Below are positions 30,176 to 39,760 of a stretch of DNA of 64,000 nucleotides, piece by piece. Origin of the DNA: Candidatus Eiseniibacteriota bacterium (GTDB lineage: Bacteria > Eisenbacteria > RBG-16-71-46 > CAIMUX01 > VGJL01); the NCBI GenBank assembly GCA_963792585.1, contig CAWBWI010000001.1, forward strand, positions 1 through 64,000, read 5' to 3'. The position numbers and the translations under genes were made by a program. The notes under the pieces are model-generated. The model worked only from the letters and a program-made list of their open reading frames with translations, made no database searches and was not told the DNA's origin. Position 1 is the first letter of the stretch. Each line of letters opens with the position of its first letter.

Positions 30176-30657
30176 AGACCCGGAAGATCCCGACCATCAA
30201 ACGCGAAACCGCGCGCGTTCTGACCTTGGTCACGCTGGCGGCCTTGCTGACACAGGTCATGGGGTGCTGCACCCTGATCGGACTCGGCGTCGGCGCAGCC
30301 ATTGATCGTGCAAAGCCCTCCGGCTTCGTGGCTCGGGAGCAATGGTCAGCGCTGCCGCTCGACGCCCACGTTGAGGTCCTTGAGAGGAACGGAAGCGAGG
30401 TGGCGGGTCGATTCATCGGGATGGAGTCGATCCGTCCGGACAGCGCGATCGTCACCGTTCGAACGGATTCGATCGACACGAGCATGCCCGCCTCGCGCAT
30501 TGCGAGCATCTGTCGTTGCGGTTCGAGCGATGGAAAGATCGTCGGTCTCTTCGCGGGGTTTGTCGTCGACTGCGTAGTGACGGTCGCGGTCATCCATGCA
30601 CTGGAAGATGAGAATTGGGTCTTCGGATCCGGGTCGTGGGGGAAGACCACGCGGTAG
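30172..30657 (+). CDS. hypothetical lipoprotein / membrane protein
   Basis: ATGA overlap with the BtaA-like gene. Hydrophobic N-terminus ending MGC. C-terminal TM. Confidence 0.55.
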   Translation: MKTRKIPTIKRETARVLTLVTLAALLTQVMGCCTLIGLGVGAAIDRAKPSGFVAREQWSALPLDAHVEVLERNGSEVAGRFIGMESIRPDSAIVTVRTDSIDTSMPASRIASICRCGSSDGKIVGLFAGFVVDCVVTVAVIHALEDENWVFGSGSWGKTTR

Positions 30658-30709
30658 ACCGGCCCCCCGGGGCGCGGCCCGCATGTGCCGAGCGAGTTGG
30701 AGGATTGCG

Positions 30710-31429
30710 ATGAAGGCATACATGAAGTGGAGTTTCCTGATCCACCTGTGGACATTGGCCGGACTTGGGTTCGCCATGCTGGCCGCGCAGCAGATCTTCC
30801 TCGGGCATCTCGACGCCGCTGCGCGGTGGTTGCTGATGGTTCTCGTGGTCGACCACACGGACGGCACGATGGCGCGGGCCTTCCAGGTGAAGCGTCGGCT
30901 CCCCGAGATCTCGGGGGAGACGCTCGATCTCATCACCGATGTGATCGGATTGACCTTCGTGCCCATGATCTTCTGCTGGCGCGCGGGGGTGTTCCTTTCG
31001 GGATGGGGAGAGGCGATCGCCGTCGCAGCGGCCGCGACCTGTAGCCTGAAGTACGCGATGAAGGCGCGTTTGCTCGAGGAGGGCGTGAGCCGGGGAGCGC
31101 CGCCCATCTTCTTCTCGGTCCTCCTGTTCTGGTTCCTGCGGCTCCCTCCCGTGTGGGGAACGGTCTACACGCTGGTCCTGATCCTCCTCTGCTGGTCGCC
31201 GATCCGCTATCCGATCACGAGTCTCATGACGACCCACTGGAAGCCGGGATTCCAGAGCCTCACGAACTACGCGAGCTTCATCGCCATGGTCCCGGCGATG
31301 ATCTGGCTGCAGCGCGCCCCGGTGATCTTCTTCTGGTCCTTGCTCGCATTGCTGCTCTTCCACCTATTCATCTCGCCAGCCCTGCTGGCCGCCGGCATCG
31401 TGCGGCCAGGGCTGCGGCGTGTCTACTGA
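30710..31429 (+). CDS. CDP-alcohol phosphatidyltransferase (phosphatidylcholine synthase-like)
   Basis: Signature DHTDGTMAR...GETLDLITD. IHLWT N-terminus resembles Pcs. Confidence 0.8.
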   Translation: MKAYMKWSFLIHLWTLAGLGFAMLAAQQIFLGHLDAAARWLLMVLVVDHTDGTMARAFQVKRRLPEISGETLDLITDVIGLTFVPMIFCWRAGVFLSGWGEAIAVAAAATCSLKYAMKARLLEEGVSRGAPPIFFSVLLFWFLRLPPVWGTVYTLVLILLCWSPIRYPITSLMTTHWKPGFQSLTNYASFIAMVPAMIWLQRAPVIFFWSLLALLLFHLFISPALLAAGIVRPGLRRVY

Positions 31430-31438
31430 GGTGGTGCG

Positions 31439-32833
31439 ATGAGCAGGAACGTCACGGATTGGGGTTTCGCCCTGGATGAAAGCGGGGGGCTTCGGATCGG
31501 CGAGGCTTCGGCCGAGGAACTCGCGCGCGCGCACGGCACGCCACTCCATCTGATCGACGAGGTCGGTCTGCGTCGGCGGGCCGCGGACTTCATGCGCGCT
31601 TTCGTGACCGCATACGCGGGGTGCGTCCATGTCCAGTATGCCCTGAAGTGCAACAACACTCCGGGGGTGGTCGCCATGGTGCTCGACGAAGGGCTCGCCC
31701 CCGAGGTCGGCACGCCATACGAATGGGCTCTGGTGCGGCGCCTCGGCGTGCCTCCTGAGCGGATCGTCGTGAACGGTCCGTACAAGGGCCTCCTCCTGGA
31801 ACACGCGGTGCGCGAGGGGGCGGGACTGATCGTGGTCGACGGCCCGGCCGACCTCGAGGCGATGGTCGGGGCGGGCCGCGCCGCGAACCGGCGCGTGCCG
31901 ATCCTGCTTCGGATCAACCCCAACTGCGTGCCCAAGGGGATGAATCGGGCATCCGCGACCGGTTCGCGCACCCACAGCGTCTTCGGATTCGATTCCGTCA
32001 CCGGAGAGATCTCAGAGGCGCTCGAGCGGGTCGCCGCCTCGCCGTTCCTCGATTTCCGAGGTTTCCACTGCCATGCGGGTACGGGTATCCGTCGTCCGGA
32101 GGACTACCTTCGTCCGATCGAGATTCTCCTCGACTGCGCCCTCCACGCGGAGAAGCGTGGGTTGAGCGTGAAGACGCTCGACGTCGGCGGCGGGTTTGGT
32201 GTGCCGACGAGCCGTGAGATGAGCACTGCGGAGTTCCTGCTCTATCAGTCGATGGGAAGGTTGCCGAAAGCGCCCGACGCGGGCCGATTCCCGGCGATCG
32301 AGACCTTCGCGACGACGATCGCGGAGGCGATTCGCCGTGGATGCGCGAAACGCGGTCTGGAGAACCCGGAGCTCGTGATCGAGCCGGGACGCGCGGTGGT
32401 CAGCGGCGCGGGCGTCCTGCTCCTCACCGTCGGGGCCATCAAAGGGCGCGCAGGGGTCGGGACATGGGCGATCACCGACGGCGGGGCGGGAACCGTGGCG
32501 TTTCCTCTCTTCTATGAATACCACGAGGTTCTTCTATGCAGGGCCGCGAGCGAGGAGGGGAGAATGCGGTACTCGATCGTCGGCCCGGCATGTTTCAGCG
32601 CCGACTGGATCTACCGCAACAAGAAGATGCCGGAACTCGCGCCCGGCGACGTGCTCGCGATCTGCGATGCGGGCGCCTACTTCACGGTTCAGGAGTCGAA
32701 CTTTGGCTTCCCGCGCCCGGCGATCCTTGCGGTGCGGGACGGTGCAGCCCGCGTTCTGCGGCGCCGCGAGACCTTCGATGACATGGTGGCCCGCGATGTC
32801 GGGTGGGAAAACGGCGATGGACGCGGTGCGTGA
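31439..32833 (+). CDS. fold-type III PLP-dependent decarboxylase (LysA/NspC-like)
   Basis: GTPL, YALKCN (PLP Lys), LLRINP, HCHAG, DVGGGFG, EPGR, GPACFSAD, DAGAY, NFGFPRP. Confidence 0.85.
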   Translation: MSRNVTDWGFALDESGGLRIGEASAEELARAHGTPLHLIDEVGLRRRAADFMRAFVTAYAGCVHVQYALKCNNTPGVVAMVLDEGLAPEVGTPYEWALVRRLGVPPERIVVNGPYKGLLLEHAVREGAGLIVVDGPADLEAMVGAGRAANRRVPILLRINPNCVPKGMNRASATGSRTHSVFGFDSVTGEISEALERVAASPFLDFRGFHCHAGTGIRRPEDYLRPIEILLDCALHAEKRGLSVKTLDVGGGFGVPTSREMSTAEFLLYQSMGRLPKAPDAGRFPAIETFATTIAEAIRRGCAKRGLENPELVIEPGRAVVSGAGVLLLTVGAIKGRAGVGTWAITDGGAGTVAFPLFYEYHEVLLCRAASEEGRMRYSIVGPACFSADWIYRNKKMPELAPGDVLAICDAGAYFTVQESNFGFPRPAILAVRDGAARVLRRRETFDDMVARDVGWENGDGRGA

Positions 32834-33461
32834 GCGGGGGCTCCGGTTCCGCGTCTTGGGCCCGAGCGACCACGCGGGGGCGGCCGCGATCGCCGGGGAG
32901 GCCTTCGCGGGGAATCGGTTCTACGAAGACGTCGCCGGCCTCGATCGAGAGGGCTTCGCGGCCTACTGGGACGCGTTCCTCTCCCTCGCCCTTGGCGATC
33001 GATCCGCCCGGGTGTTGGGCGTCGAGCTCGACGGCAAACTCGGAGCGCTGGTCGTGGTCGCCTATCACGGCTTCCCTTCAGCGCGCGGCGCCATCCGATT
33101 CGTCTCCAAGTTGACCCCGAGGATTGGTCTCCGCCGTGCATGGGGATATCTCCGGTTCGTGGCCGCATACGATCGGGCCATGCGCCGGCCTCGCTGTGAG
33201 GAGCGCCGCGAGGCGCGCGGCCTCTGGTTGATGGCGGATTCCCGGACAGCGCGCCCGCGGGTCGGCGCTGCCTTGATGCGTTTCACCGCCGGGTACCTCC
33301 GCGCCGAGGGCAAGGAGATCCTCACCGGATTCGTCGACGCGGGCAACATACCGCTGCTCGCTTTCTACAGGCGACTGGGGTATCGGCTCGGTCCACGATT
33401 CCGCTTCGCGGGGCACTGGGCGACCATCGCCGAGTTGAGGAGTGGAGGCGCGCCGTGTTGA
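32817..33461 (+). CDS. GNAT family N-acetyltransferase
   Basis: RVGAALM (motif A-like) and NIPLLAFYRRLGY. Confidence 0.7.
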   Translation: MDAVRERGLRFRVLGPSDHAGAAAIAGEAFAGNRFYEDVAGLDREGFAAYWDAFLSLALGDRSARVLGVELDGKLGALVVVAYHGFPSARGAIRFVSKLTPRIGLRRAWGYLRFVAAYDRAMRRPRCEERREARGLWLMADSRTARPRVGAALMRFTAGYLRAEGKEILTGFVDAGNIPLLAFYRRLGYRLGPRFRFAGHWATIAELRSGGAPC

Positions 33462-34618
33462 TCCGACGCTACGACTCGATCGACGCGGTCGATCCCGGGC
33501 GCTGGGACGCCCTCTGCAGCGATCCGTTCAGCGCGCACGCGTGTCTCGCCGCGCTCGAGCGCGCGGGGATGGATGGGGTCCACATGCGCTACGCGATCAT
33601 CGAGAGCGGGCGCGGGGACTGGCTCGCTGCGGCCCCCTTCGCGCGGATCCCGATCGACGCCGGGCGGCTCACGCACGGCATCTTCCGCGGGATCGTCCAC
33701 GGCGCCCGGAGGATCCAGCCGGGGTTCCTGCACACGAGCCTCACGATTTGCGGCGCGCCCCTATCCGTCGGCAATCCCCCCGCGCGCGTCGCGCTCGGGG
33801 CCGACCAAACCATCGTCTACCGCCTCCTCGCGGGTCTTCTGCAGGAGATCGCGGAGGAAGATGGCTCCCCGTGGTGTGCCTTCAAAGAGTTCGGCGCTAC
33901 AGAACTTGGGGTGGCGGAGCGAGTCCTGTCGCCCCTCGGGTGGATCTTCGCGCCGGGGGAGCCCAACCACCGCATGGCAATCCGGTGGGCCGGATTCGGG
34001 GAGTACCTCGCGGATCTGCGGAGCGTCTATCGAACGAAGCTCCTGCGCGAGAGGGCGCAACTCGCGGACGCGGGGGTCACAGCGGACGTCGTTCCGCTCG
34101 CGGATGCCTACGACAGCCGGATCCACTGTCTCTACGAAGACGTCTTCGATCGCGCCGTCGTGCAGTTCGAACGACTGACGCCGGCGTTCTTCTCCGTCCT
34201 GGGCGACGCGTACGCGTCGCGCGCCTCGTTGATCCGGCAGCGTATCGACGGCCGGACGGTCGGCTGGGTCGCGGTGCTCGTGGACGGGGACGGGGTCTAT
34301 GACCTCTTCCACGGAATCGACTACGAGGTAAACGGGCGACTCCCGCTCTACTTCGGGCAACTTGCGGAGGTCGTTCGCTTCGCGATCGACCAGCGCGCCG
34401 GATGGCTGTCGATGGGCCAGAGCACCCCGATCGCCAAGGCGCGATTCGGCGCCGGCACTGTCCCGCTCTGGGTCGCCGTTCGACACCGGAACGCTTCGAT
34501 CACCCGCCTGCTCCGCGCCGGGCGGGGAACCCTCTTCCCGGAACCGGTCGTCCCTCGACGACGCGTCTTTCGACATTCCTCGGAGACGGAGGAGACTCGA
34601 TGCGCTACCGGTTCGTGA
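33455..34618 (+). CDS. double-GNAT FemAB-like acyl/aminoacyl transferase
   Basis: WDAL..DPF....LAALE, FGEYLADLRS..R, GIDYE....LYF, MGQS...KARFGA. Confidence 0.7.
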   Translation: MLIRRYDSIDAVDPGRWDALCSDPFSAHACLAALERAGMDGVHMRYAIIESGRGDWLAAAPFARIPIDAGRLTHGIFRGIVHGARRIQPGFLHTSLTICGAPLSVGNPPARVALGADQTIVYRLLAGLLQEIAEEDGSPWCAFKEFGATELGVAERVLSPLGWIFAPGEPNHRMAIRWAGFGEYLADLRSVYRTKLLRERAQLADAGVTADVVPLADAYDSRIHCLYEDVFDRAVVQFERLTPAFFSVLGDAYASRASLIRQRIDGRTVGWVAVLVDGDGVYDLFHGIDYEVNGRLPLYFGQLAEVVRFAIDQRAGWLSMGQSTPIAKARFGAGTVPLWVAVRHRNASITRLLRAGRGTLFPEPVVPRRRVFRHSSETEETRCATGS

Positions 34619-35508
34619 TCAACACGGCTGCCGGCCGCGCCCGGCCCGAGTCGGTCCGGGAACTGATCGATCGCGAATTCGAAGGCCTTCCCCACGAGAT
34701 CGTGATCGATCCCTCCGCCGCCCGTCTGGAGGCCCTCTGCGATGCAAGGCTGTGTCCCGACGGACTGACGATCATTGCGGTCGGAGGGGATGGGACGATC
34801 AACCGGCTGGTCAACACGCCGCGCCCTGACGAAGCAATGATCGGGATCATCCCGATGGGCACGGCGAACGACCTCGCTGCGGCCCTCGGCATCCCGGACG
34901 ACCCGGTCGCGGCTTGCCGCGTGATCCGTGCGGGGCGGATCCGCCGGATCGACCTCGTGGGGGTCAACACGAAGCGATTCGCAACCTGCGGAGGGATCGG
35001 TCTCGCGGCCGAGGCCGCCATGCGCGCGAATCGCTGGCGGCAATCGAGACACCATCCGGGGGGCAGGTTTCATGGATGGCTCTATCCCGTCGCCGCGATG
35101 TGCGAGATCGCGACCCGCCGGCGGCCCGGAATGGTGGAGATCCGCTGCGAGGGCCGGCGGCTGGCCGCAGAGACGATGACGCTCGTCGTCTCGAATCAGG
35201 CCCGCTTCGGAGGTCGTTTCGCGGCCTCGCCCAATGCATCGAACACCGACGGCCTCTTCGATATCTGTGAGATCCGGGCGCCGGGCTCGAGGATGCGGAT
35301 GCTCTGGGTGGTCCTGCGGGCGCTGGGAGGTCGGCTCGACAGGGTGCGCGAGATCGTGCGGATGCGGGGGGCCGCAGCGACCCTGACCTCGCCCCGCGAC
35401 GTCTGTTTCTTCGGGGACGGCGAGATCCTCGACGTGGCCCGTTCCTTCGAGATCCGTCTACTCCCGTCGGCGTTGCGGGTTCTGGCCCCTGCTGGGGGTG
35501 GACGATGA
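34600..35508 (+). CDS. diacylglycerol/lipid kinase (YegS/DAGK family)
   Basis: INTAAG, VGGDGTIN, IPMGTANDLA, NQARFGG, DGLFD, GDGE. Confidence 0.9.
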   Translation: MRYRFVINTAAGRARPESVRELIDREFEGLPHEIVIDPSAARLEALCDARLCPDGLTIIAVGGDGTINRLVNTPRPDEAMIGIIPMGTANDLAAALGIPDDPVAACRVIRAGRIRRIDLVGVNTKRFATCGGIGLAAEAAMRANRWRQSRHHPGGRFHGWLYPVAAMCEIATRRRPGMVEIRCEGRRLAAETMTLVVSNQARFGGRFAASPNASNTDGLFDICEIRAPGSRMRMLWVVLRALGGRLDRVREIVRMRGAAATLTSPRDVCFFGDGEILDVARSFEIRLLPSALRVLAPAGGGR

Positions 35509-36233
35509 ATCCGGGATCGCTCCTTCTCATCGCGGGAGGCCTATTCGCGTTCGGAGGGTCGCTCATGATCCTGGGGCAGATCGTGCGCCGCGCCGATCCC
35601 GCCCGCAGGCGTTCCGACGGGATCAAGTACGCGGTCTACGTCGCCGTCATCGGAAGCCTGCTGGCGTCGCTGGCCCTCTCGCGGATTCTCGCGGCAATCT
35701 TGCTGTCGGCGATCGCCATCGGGGGAGCCCGCGAGCTCCATGCCAACCTGCGGGGGCGTAGGACCTGGCCTGCGGGCGTCTCGATAATCTCCGGGCTCTT
35801 GGCGGCTTGGAGTCTGGGCCACCTACTCTTGGGAGAGTGGGGGGCGACCTTGGTCCTGCTCGTCGCGACGTGCGACGCATTCTCCCAGCTCTGGGGCCGC
35901 CTCTTGGGGCGGCGTCCGCTCTGCACGCGGATCAGTCCCGCCAAGACCGTAGAAGGGTTGGCGGGGGGAGTCGCGACGACCGTGCTGGTCGCGGCGCTGA
36001 TCAGCCCGCTCTTGCCGGGTCTTCAAGTCGATCGGCGGGTCTTTCTGGGCGCGGTCGTCGCGGCGGGGGCCACGGCCGGCGACCTGGGCTTCTCGTACCT
36101 CAAGCGCCGTCTCGGCATCAAGGACTTCGCCTCGACCCTGCCGGGACATGGCGGCCTGCTCGATCGGTTCGATAGTCTCATCCTCGCCGCCCCTCTCGGG
36201 ACATGGGTCCTGCGATGGATCCTCTCCCGGTGA
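35505..36233 (+). CDS. cdsA: phosphatidate cytidylyltransferase
   Basis: ISPAKTVEG, GDL.FSYLKR.LGIKDF..LPGHGGLLDRFDS. Confidence 0.9.
   Translation: MNPGSLLLIAGGLFAFGGSLMILGQIVRRADPARRRSDGIKYAVYVAVIGSLLASLALSRILAAILLSAIAIGGARELHANLRGRRTWPAGVSIISGLLAAWSLGHLLLGEWGATLVLLVATCDAFSQLWGRLLGRRPLCTRISPAKTVEGLAGGVATTVLVAALISPLLPGLQVDRRVFLGAVVAAGATAGDLGFSYLKRRLGIKDFASTLPGHGGLLDRFDSLILAAPLGTWVLRWILSR
36169..36233 (+). repeat. 65-bp direct repeat, copy 1 (cdsA 3' end; attL-like)
   Basis: Matches 43886-43950 with 4 mismatches. Confidence 0.9.
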
Positions 36234-36397
36234 GGGGCAAGGCGCTGTGTCCGTCCGTGGAGGGGTTCTCGCTGTATGCAGCGCAGGCTGTTCCGGTGGA
36301 GGATCGAGAAGCGCTGGCGCGGCACCTCCACTACGGGCTTCGTGCTCTCTTCTCCCAGGAGCGGCTCTCCCGGCGACCTGATGGAAGGGTCGTCTAG
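36234..36397 (+). pseudogene. IS91/ISCR-family (Y2) transposase remnant
   Basis: VEGFSLYAAQAVPVEDREALARHLHYGLRALFSQERLSRRPDGRVV resembles the GFSLHA...DR..LERL.RY..R..L..ERL....DG.V segment of these transposases. Confidence 0.6.
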
Positions 36398-36546
36398 GTG
36401 CCTCGGGCACCATTTCTTCGGTCCGTGACGGGGCGTGTCTTCCCTTCACCGCACGCGGAAGACTGGTAGAATGAGTCCAGAGTCGTTTCAACTGATCCTT
36501 GGCGGTCGGCATTCGATGACAGCTGACCAGACCAGGAGAAGTCCTC

Positions 36547-36753
36547 TTGATCCGAAACCGGGAACTGCTGGATGCCTCCGAGCGGGCGCAGTTGCGTCGG
36601 CACCCGCCGGACTACCTGGAAAACCTGGCGATCTTCGAGGCCCTATACGAAGAGGGCCGGCTTCTCGGCGTCATCCCATCCGAGGACCCACTCGAGGGGA
36701 TCGAATCCGACATCCGATTGGCACGAGCGCTCTGTGTTCGGCCCCCTTCTTGA
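36547..36753 (+). CDS. small hypothetical protein (putative antitoxin-like partner of the nucleotidyltransferase)
   Basis: AGGAG RBS. NLAIFEALYEEG..LG......PLEGIESDIRLARAL. Overlaps the downstream nucleotidyltransferase. Confidence 0.55.
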   Translation: MIRNRELLDASERAQLRRHPPDYLENLAIFEALYEEGRLLGVIPSEDPLEGIESDIRLARALCVRPPS

Positions 36754-37153
36754 GAGGATTGCGATCGGGCTAGCGCCTCTTGTCGATCCGGAGTCGTTCA
36801 CCCGCTCTACGATGGTGTTACCCTGCCAAGATCCTGTTACCAAGATTCGGGTCGACCTCACCTTCTCCTTCAGTCCGTACGAGCGGGGAGCGATCCAACG
36901 GGCCGGCGGGGTAGAGATCGGTGCCGCCCGAGTTCGCTTCGCCTCCGTCGAGGATCTCATCATCCACAAGGTGATCGCCGGTCGGCCGCGCGACCTCGAG
37001 GACGTCCGCATTCTCCTGATCGAAAACCCACAAGCAGATATCGTCGTGATTCGTCGAGTCCTTGCGGAGTTCTCCGAAAGCCTCTCCGAGCCTCTATCGG
37101 AGCATTTCTCGCGGATCGAAGCCGAAGCTCGGGGTCCTGAGGAAGTCGGCTGA
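36734..37153 (+). pseudogene. nucleotidyltransferase (AbiEii/DUF6036-like), apparently internally deleted
   Basis: RVDL, SVEDLIIHKVIAGRPRDLEDV present. The N-terminal GG..A...RxTxDxD catalytic segment is absent. Confidence 0.55.
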
Positions 37154-37369
37154 AGCGCGAGCCCTCGCGGATTCAGCACGGGCCGGACGTCATGACGAGA
37201 ATCCTGCCTGAACCGGGCCAACCGTCACAACTGACGTTCGCCCGAGAAAATTGAGATCCACCGGGTTTCAGGTCCCATGACAGTAGGCCCGAGGCCTGCA
37301 GGAGCGCTCAGTGCGGCGAATCCGCACGCTGCGTGCGAAGCGATGGGGAGCTGGAGACGGAGTCGCGGA

Positions 37370-37696
37370 TCACCCTACCCAGGCACGAAGGGGGAAACCC
37401 CGGAGACAACCATCCCAAACTGTGGCCTGCGCCCCTGCGGGAAGCTCCCCGGCCAGGAGGGTTCGCACGCCGTCGAAGTCGCGGTCGGTGGGGTGCGCAT
37501 CGTCGCTGATGCAGTCGAGGTTCCAGGGCAGGTCGAGGGCCAAGCTGCGGGTGGGGGCGAGAGTGCTCGCGGGCTTCGCGAGTTCGAGCGCGAGGGTGCG
37601 CGGCTGGAGTGGCTTCAGGTCGCAGGTGACTGCGCGCTTCCCGCGTTGCAGGTCCTTGCCGCCGGCCTGGAAGGTCATGGGCATTGGATTTTCCAT
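37370..37696 (-). pseudogene. possible fragment of an alpha-mannosidase C-terminal region
   Basis: DLKPLQPRTLALELAKPA...LDLPWNLDCISDD...DFDG recalled from GH38 C-termini. Not verified. Confidence 0.3.
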
Positions 37697-37703
37697 CTTC
37701 CAT

Positions 37704-37743
37704 TTGACAACTGAGAATATCTGTGTATACTAACTATATACAC
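37704..37743 (+). promoter_or_regulatory. sigma70 promoter overlapped by a YtrA-type operator
   Basis: TTGACA (37704)-N16-TATACT (37726). Palindrome GTGTATA-N7-TATACAC at 37723-37743. Confidence 0.8.
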
Positions 37744-37759
37744 TAGGTGGAAAGGTCGC

Positions 37760-38185
37760 ATGGGCACGGAACTTCTACTTTCTCCGCATTCGAACACGCC
37801 GATGTACGCGCAGATCGTGGAGCAGATCGTCGCCAAGGTGATGGCGGGGGTGTGGAAAGCGGGCGATCCCCTGCCCTCGATCCGCGAGCTCGCCGGCGAC
37901 AGTCAGGTCAGCGTGATCACGGTGAAGCGTGCCTATCTGGAACTGGAAAGGGCGGGCGTGATTGTCACGCGGCAGGGCAAGGGTTCATTCGTGGCCGACA
38001 CGATCGACGCGACGCGGACCCTCGCCGCCGAAGCATTCCAGTCGCAGTTGAATGGGCTGCTGGATGCGGCCAGGAAGCTGGGACTCAACCGGCAGGACGT
38101 CGTCGAACGGGTCGAGCAGGCGCTGTCCAGGCAGCCGGAACCCTCGCAATCGAGCAATGAAACGAACCGAAGGAAACCGAGATGA
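37760..38185 (+). CDS. GntR family regulator (YtrA subfamily)
   Basis: PMYAQIVEQI, GDPLPSIRELA, TVKRAYLELE.AG......GKGSFV. Followed by an ABC ATPase. Confidence 0.9.
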   Translation: MGTELLLSPHSNTPMYAQIVEQIVAKVMAGVWKAGDPLPSIRELAGDSQVSVITVKRAYLELERAGVIVTRQGKGSFVADTIDATRTLAAEAFQSQLNGLLDAARKLGLNRQDVVERVEQALSRQPEPSQSSNETNRRKPR

Positions 38186-39066
38186 ACCCCGCAATCACTC
38201 TTAGAGACGTGAGCAAGCGATACGACGAGTTCGCCCTGTCCGGCATTGACCTCGAACTGCCAGCCGGCCAGGTCATGGGCCTCGTCGGCGTCAACGGCGC
38301 CGGCAAGTCCACCCTGCTGCGCGTGCTGATGGGCCTAATCCGAGCCGACGGCGGCGAGGTTGAGGTGCTTGGGCAGCGAATGCCGCAGGCGCAGGTCGCG
38401 GTGAAGCGGGACATCGGCTACGCATCGGATGACATGCGCCTGTACCGCGGCCAGTCGCTGCGCTGGCACATGGATTTCATCCGCAGCATCTATCCCGGCT
38501 GGGATGAAGCCTATGCGCGGGACCTGCTCGGGCGGTTCGACCTGAAGCCCCAGCAGAAGCTGGGCGGGTTCTCGCACGGCCAGCGTGTCAAGGCGTTGCT
38601 GCTGCTGATTTTCGCGCGGCATCCTCGCCTGTTGCTGCTGGACGAGCCGACCACGGGGCTGGATCCAGTCGCGCGCGGCGAGGTGCTCGAAGCGCTGGCC
38701 GACGCGCTCCGCGACGAGCGGCGCTCGATACTGTTCTCGTCGCACAACACCGCCGACATCGAGCAGATTGCCGATTCGATCACCTTCCTTCACGCCGGTA
38801 GGATCGTCGCTTCGCGCGACAAGGAGTCGTTCCTCGACAGCTGGCGGCGGATTCTGTGCCGGGGCGAGTGGACGGACCGGGTGCGGCATCTGGCGGGCGT
38901 GGCCTCGGTGCGCAACAGCGCGCCATTGATCGAACTGAAAACAGGCGCCTTCGACGAATCCACGCTGCCCGCGCTGCATGCGATCGGGCTCGCCGTGGAT
39001 TCGGTCGAGGCGATGTCGCTGGAAGACATCTTCGTGACCACCGTTCGGGGAGACAATAACGCATGA
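38182..39066 (+). CDS. ABC transporter ATP-binding protein
   Basis: GVNGAGKST, FSHGQ, LLLDEPTTGLDP, SSH. Confidence 0.95.
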   Translation: MNPAITLRDVSKRYDEFALSGIDLELPAGQVMGLVGVNGAGKSTLLRVLMGLIRADGGEVEVLGQRMPQAQVAVKRDIGYASDDMRLYRGQSLRWHMDFIRSIYPGWDEAYARDLLGRFDLKPQQKLGGFSHGQRVKALLLLIFARHPRLLLLDEPTTGLDPVARGEVLEALADALRDERRSILFSSHNTADIEQIADSITFLHAGRIVASRDKESFLDSWRRILCRGEWTDRVRHLAGVASVRNSAPLIELKTGAFDESTLPALHAIGLAVDSVEAMSLEDIFVTTVRGDNNA

Positions 39067-39750
39067 ACTGGCTCGCATCCGATTCCGGAATGGTGAGGAA
39101 GCTGATCGTCAAGGACTGGCAGGTCTACCAGAAGCAACTTGCCGGATACGTCGCCGGGATGCTGCTGGCGCTCGGCCTGATCGGCTCGGGCACCTCCTTG
39201 CTGGCCGCGGCCGGCGCCCTGCTGTTGCTGGTGCTGCTCGTGGTGGTCGGTTCCTACGCGATCGCAGTCCTCGATCATGGCCGAGCGCAAGCTGCAGACC
39301 GTGCCTTTCATCATGAGCCTGCCGGTCACGCCGATGGATGTCTTCTGGGGCAAGTTGCTCGCCAATCTGGCCATCTACCTGGTGCCGTTCCTTCTGGTCA
39401 CGGGCGGCTTGCTCGCGCTGATCCTGACCACGCCACATCCCGACGGAGCGGTGACGTGGGTGGTGGTAATCGCGACGTTCATGTTGGTGATCTTCTGCAT
39501 ATCGCTGTGCGTGGCGATCGCGATCGACTCCGAAGGCTGGAACGTCTTCACGATGCTCGCGCTGATGACGCTGATCGGACCGTTCATCTTCTGGGTTAGC
39601 CGCCTCGACGGTATCGCCCAATACCTGAAGACCGACGACATCGTCTGGAGCGAGCCCGTTCTCGGCCTGCTCGTCGCGCAGCTATCGGTGATCGTCATCG
39701 CGATCTTCGTCACAAGCTGGATCCACGCCCGCAAGGCATCGTTCCTCTAA
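39063..39750 (+). CDS. ABC-2 type permease (frameshift near 39265)
   Basis: LIVKDW, ERKLQTVPFIMSLPVT...GK, multiple TMs. Confidence 0.8.
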
Positions 39751-39760
39751 GGCCATCGCA

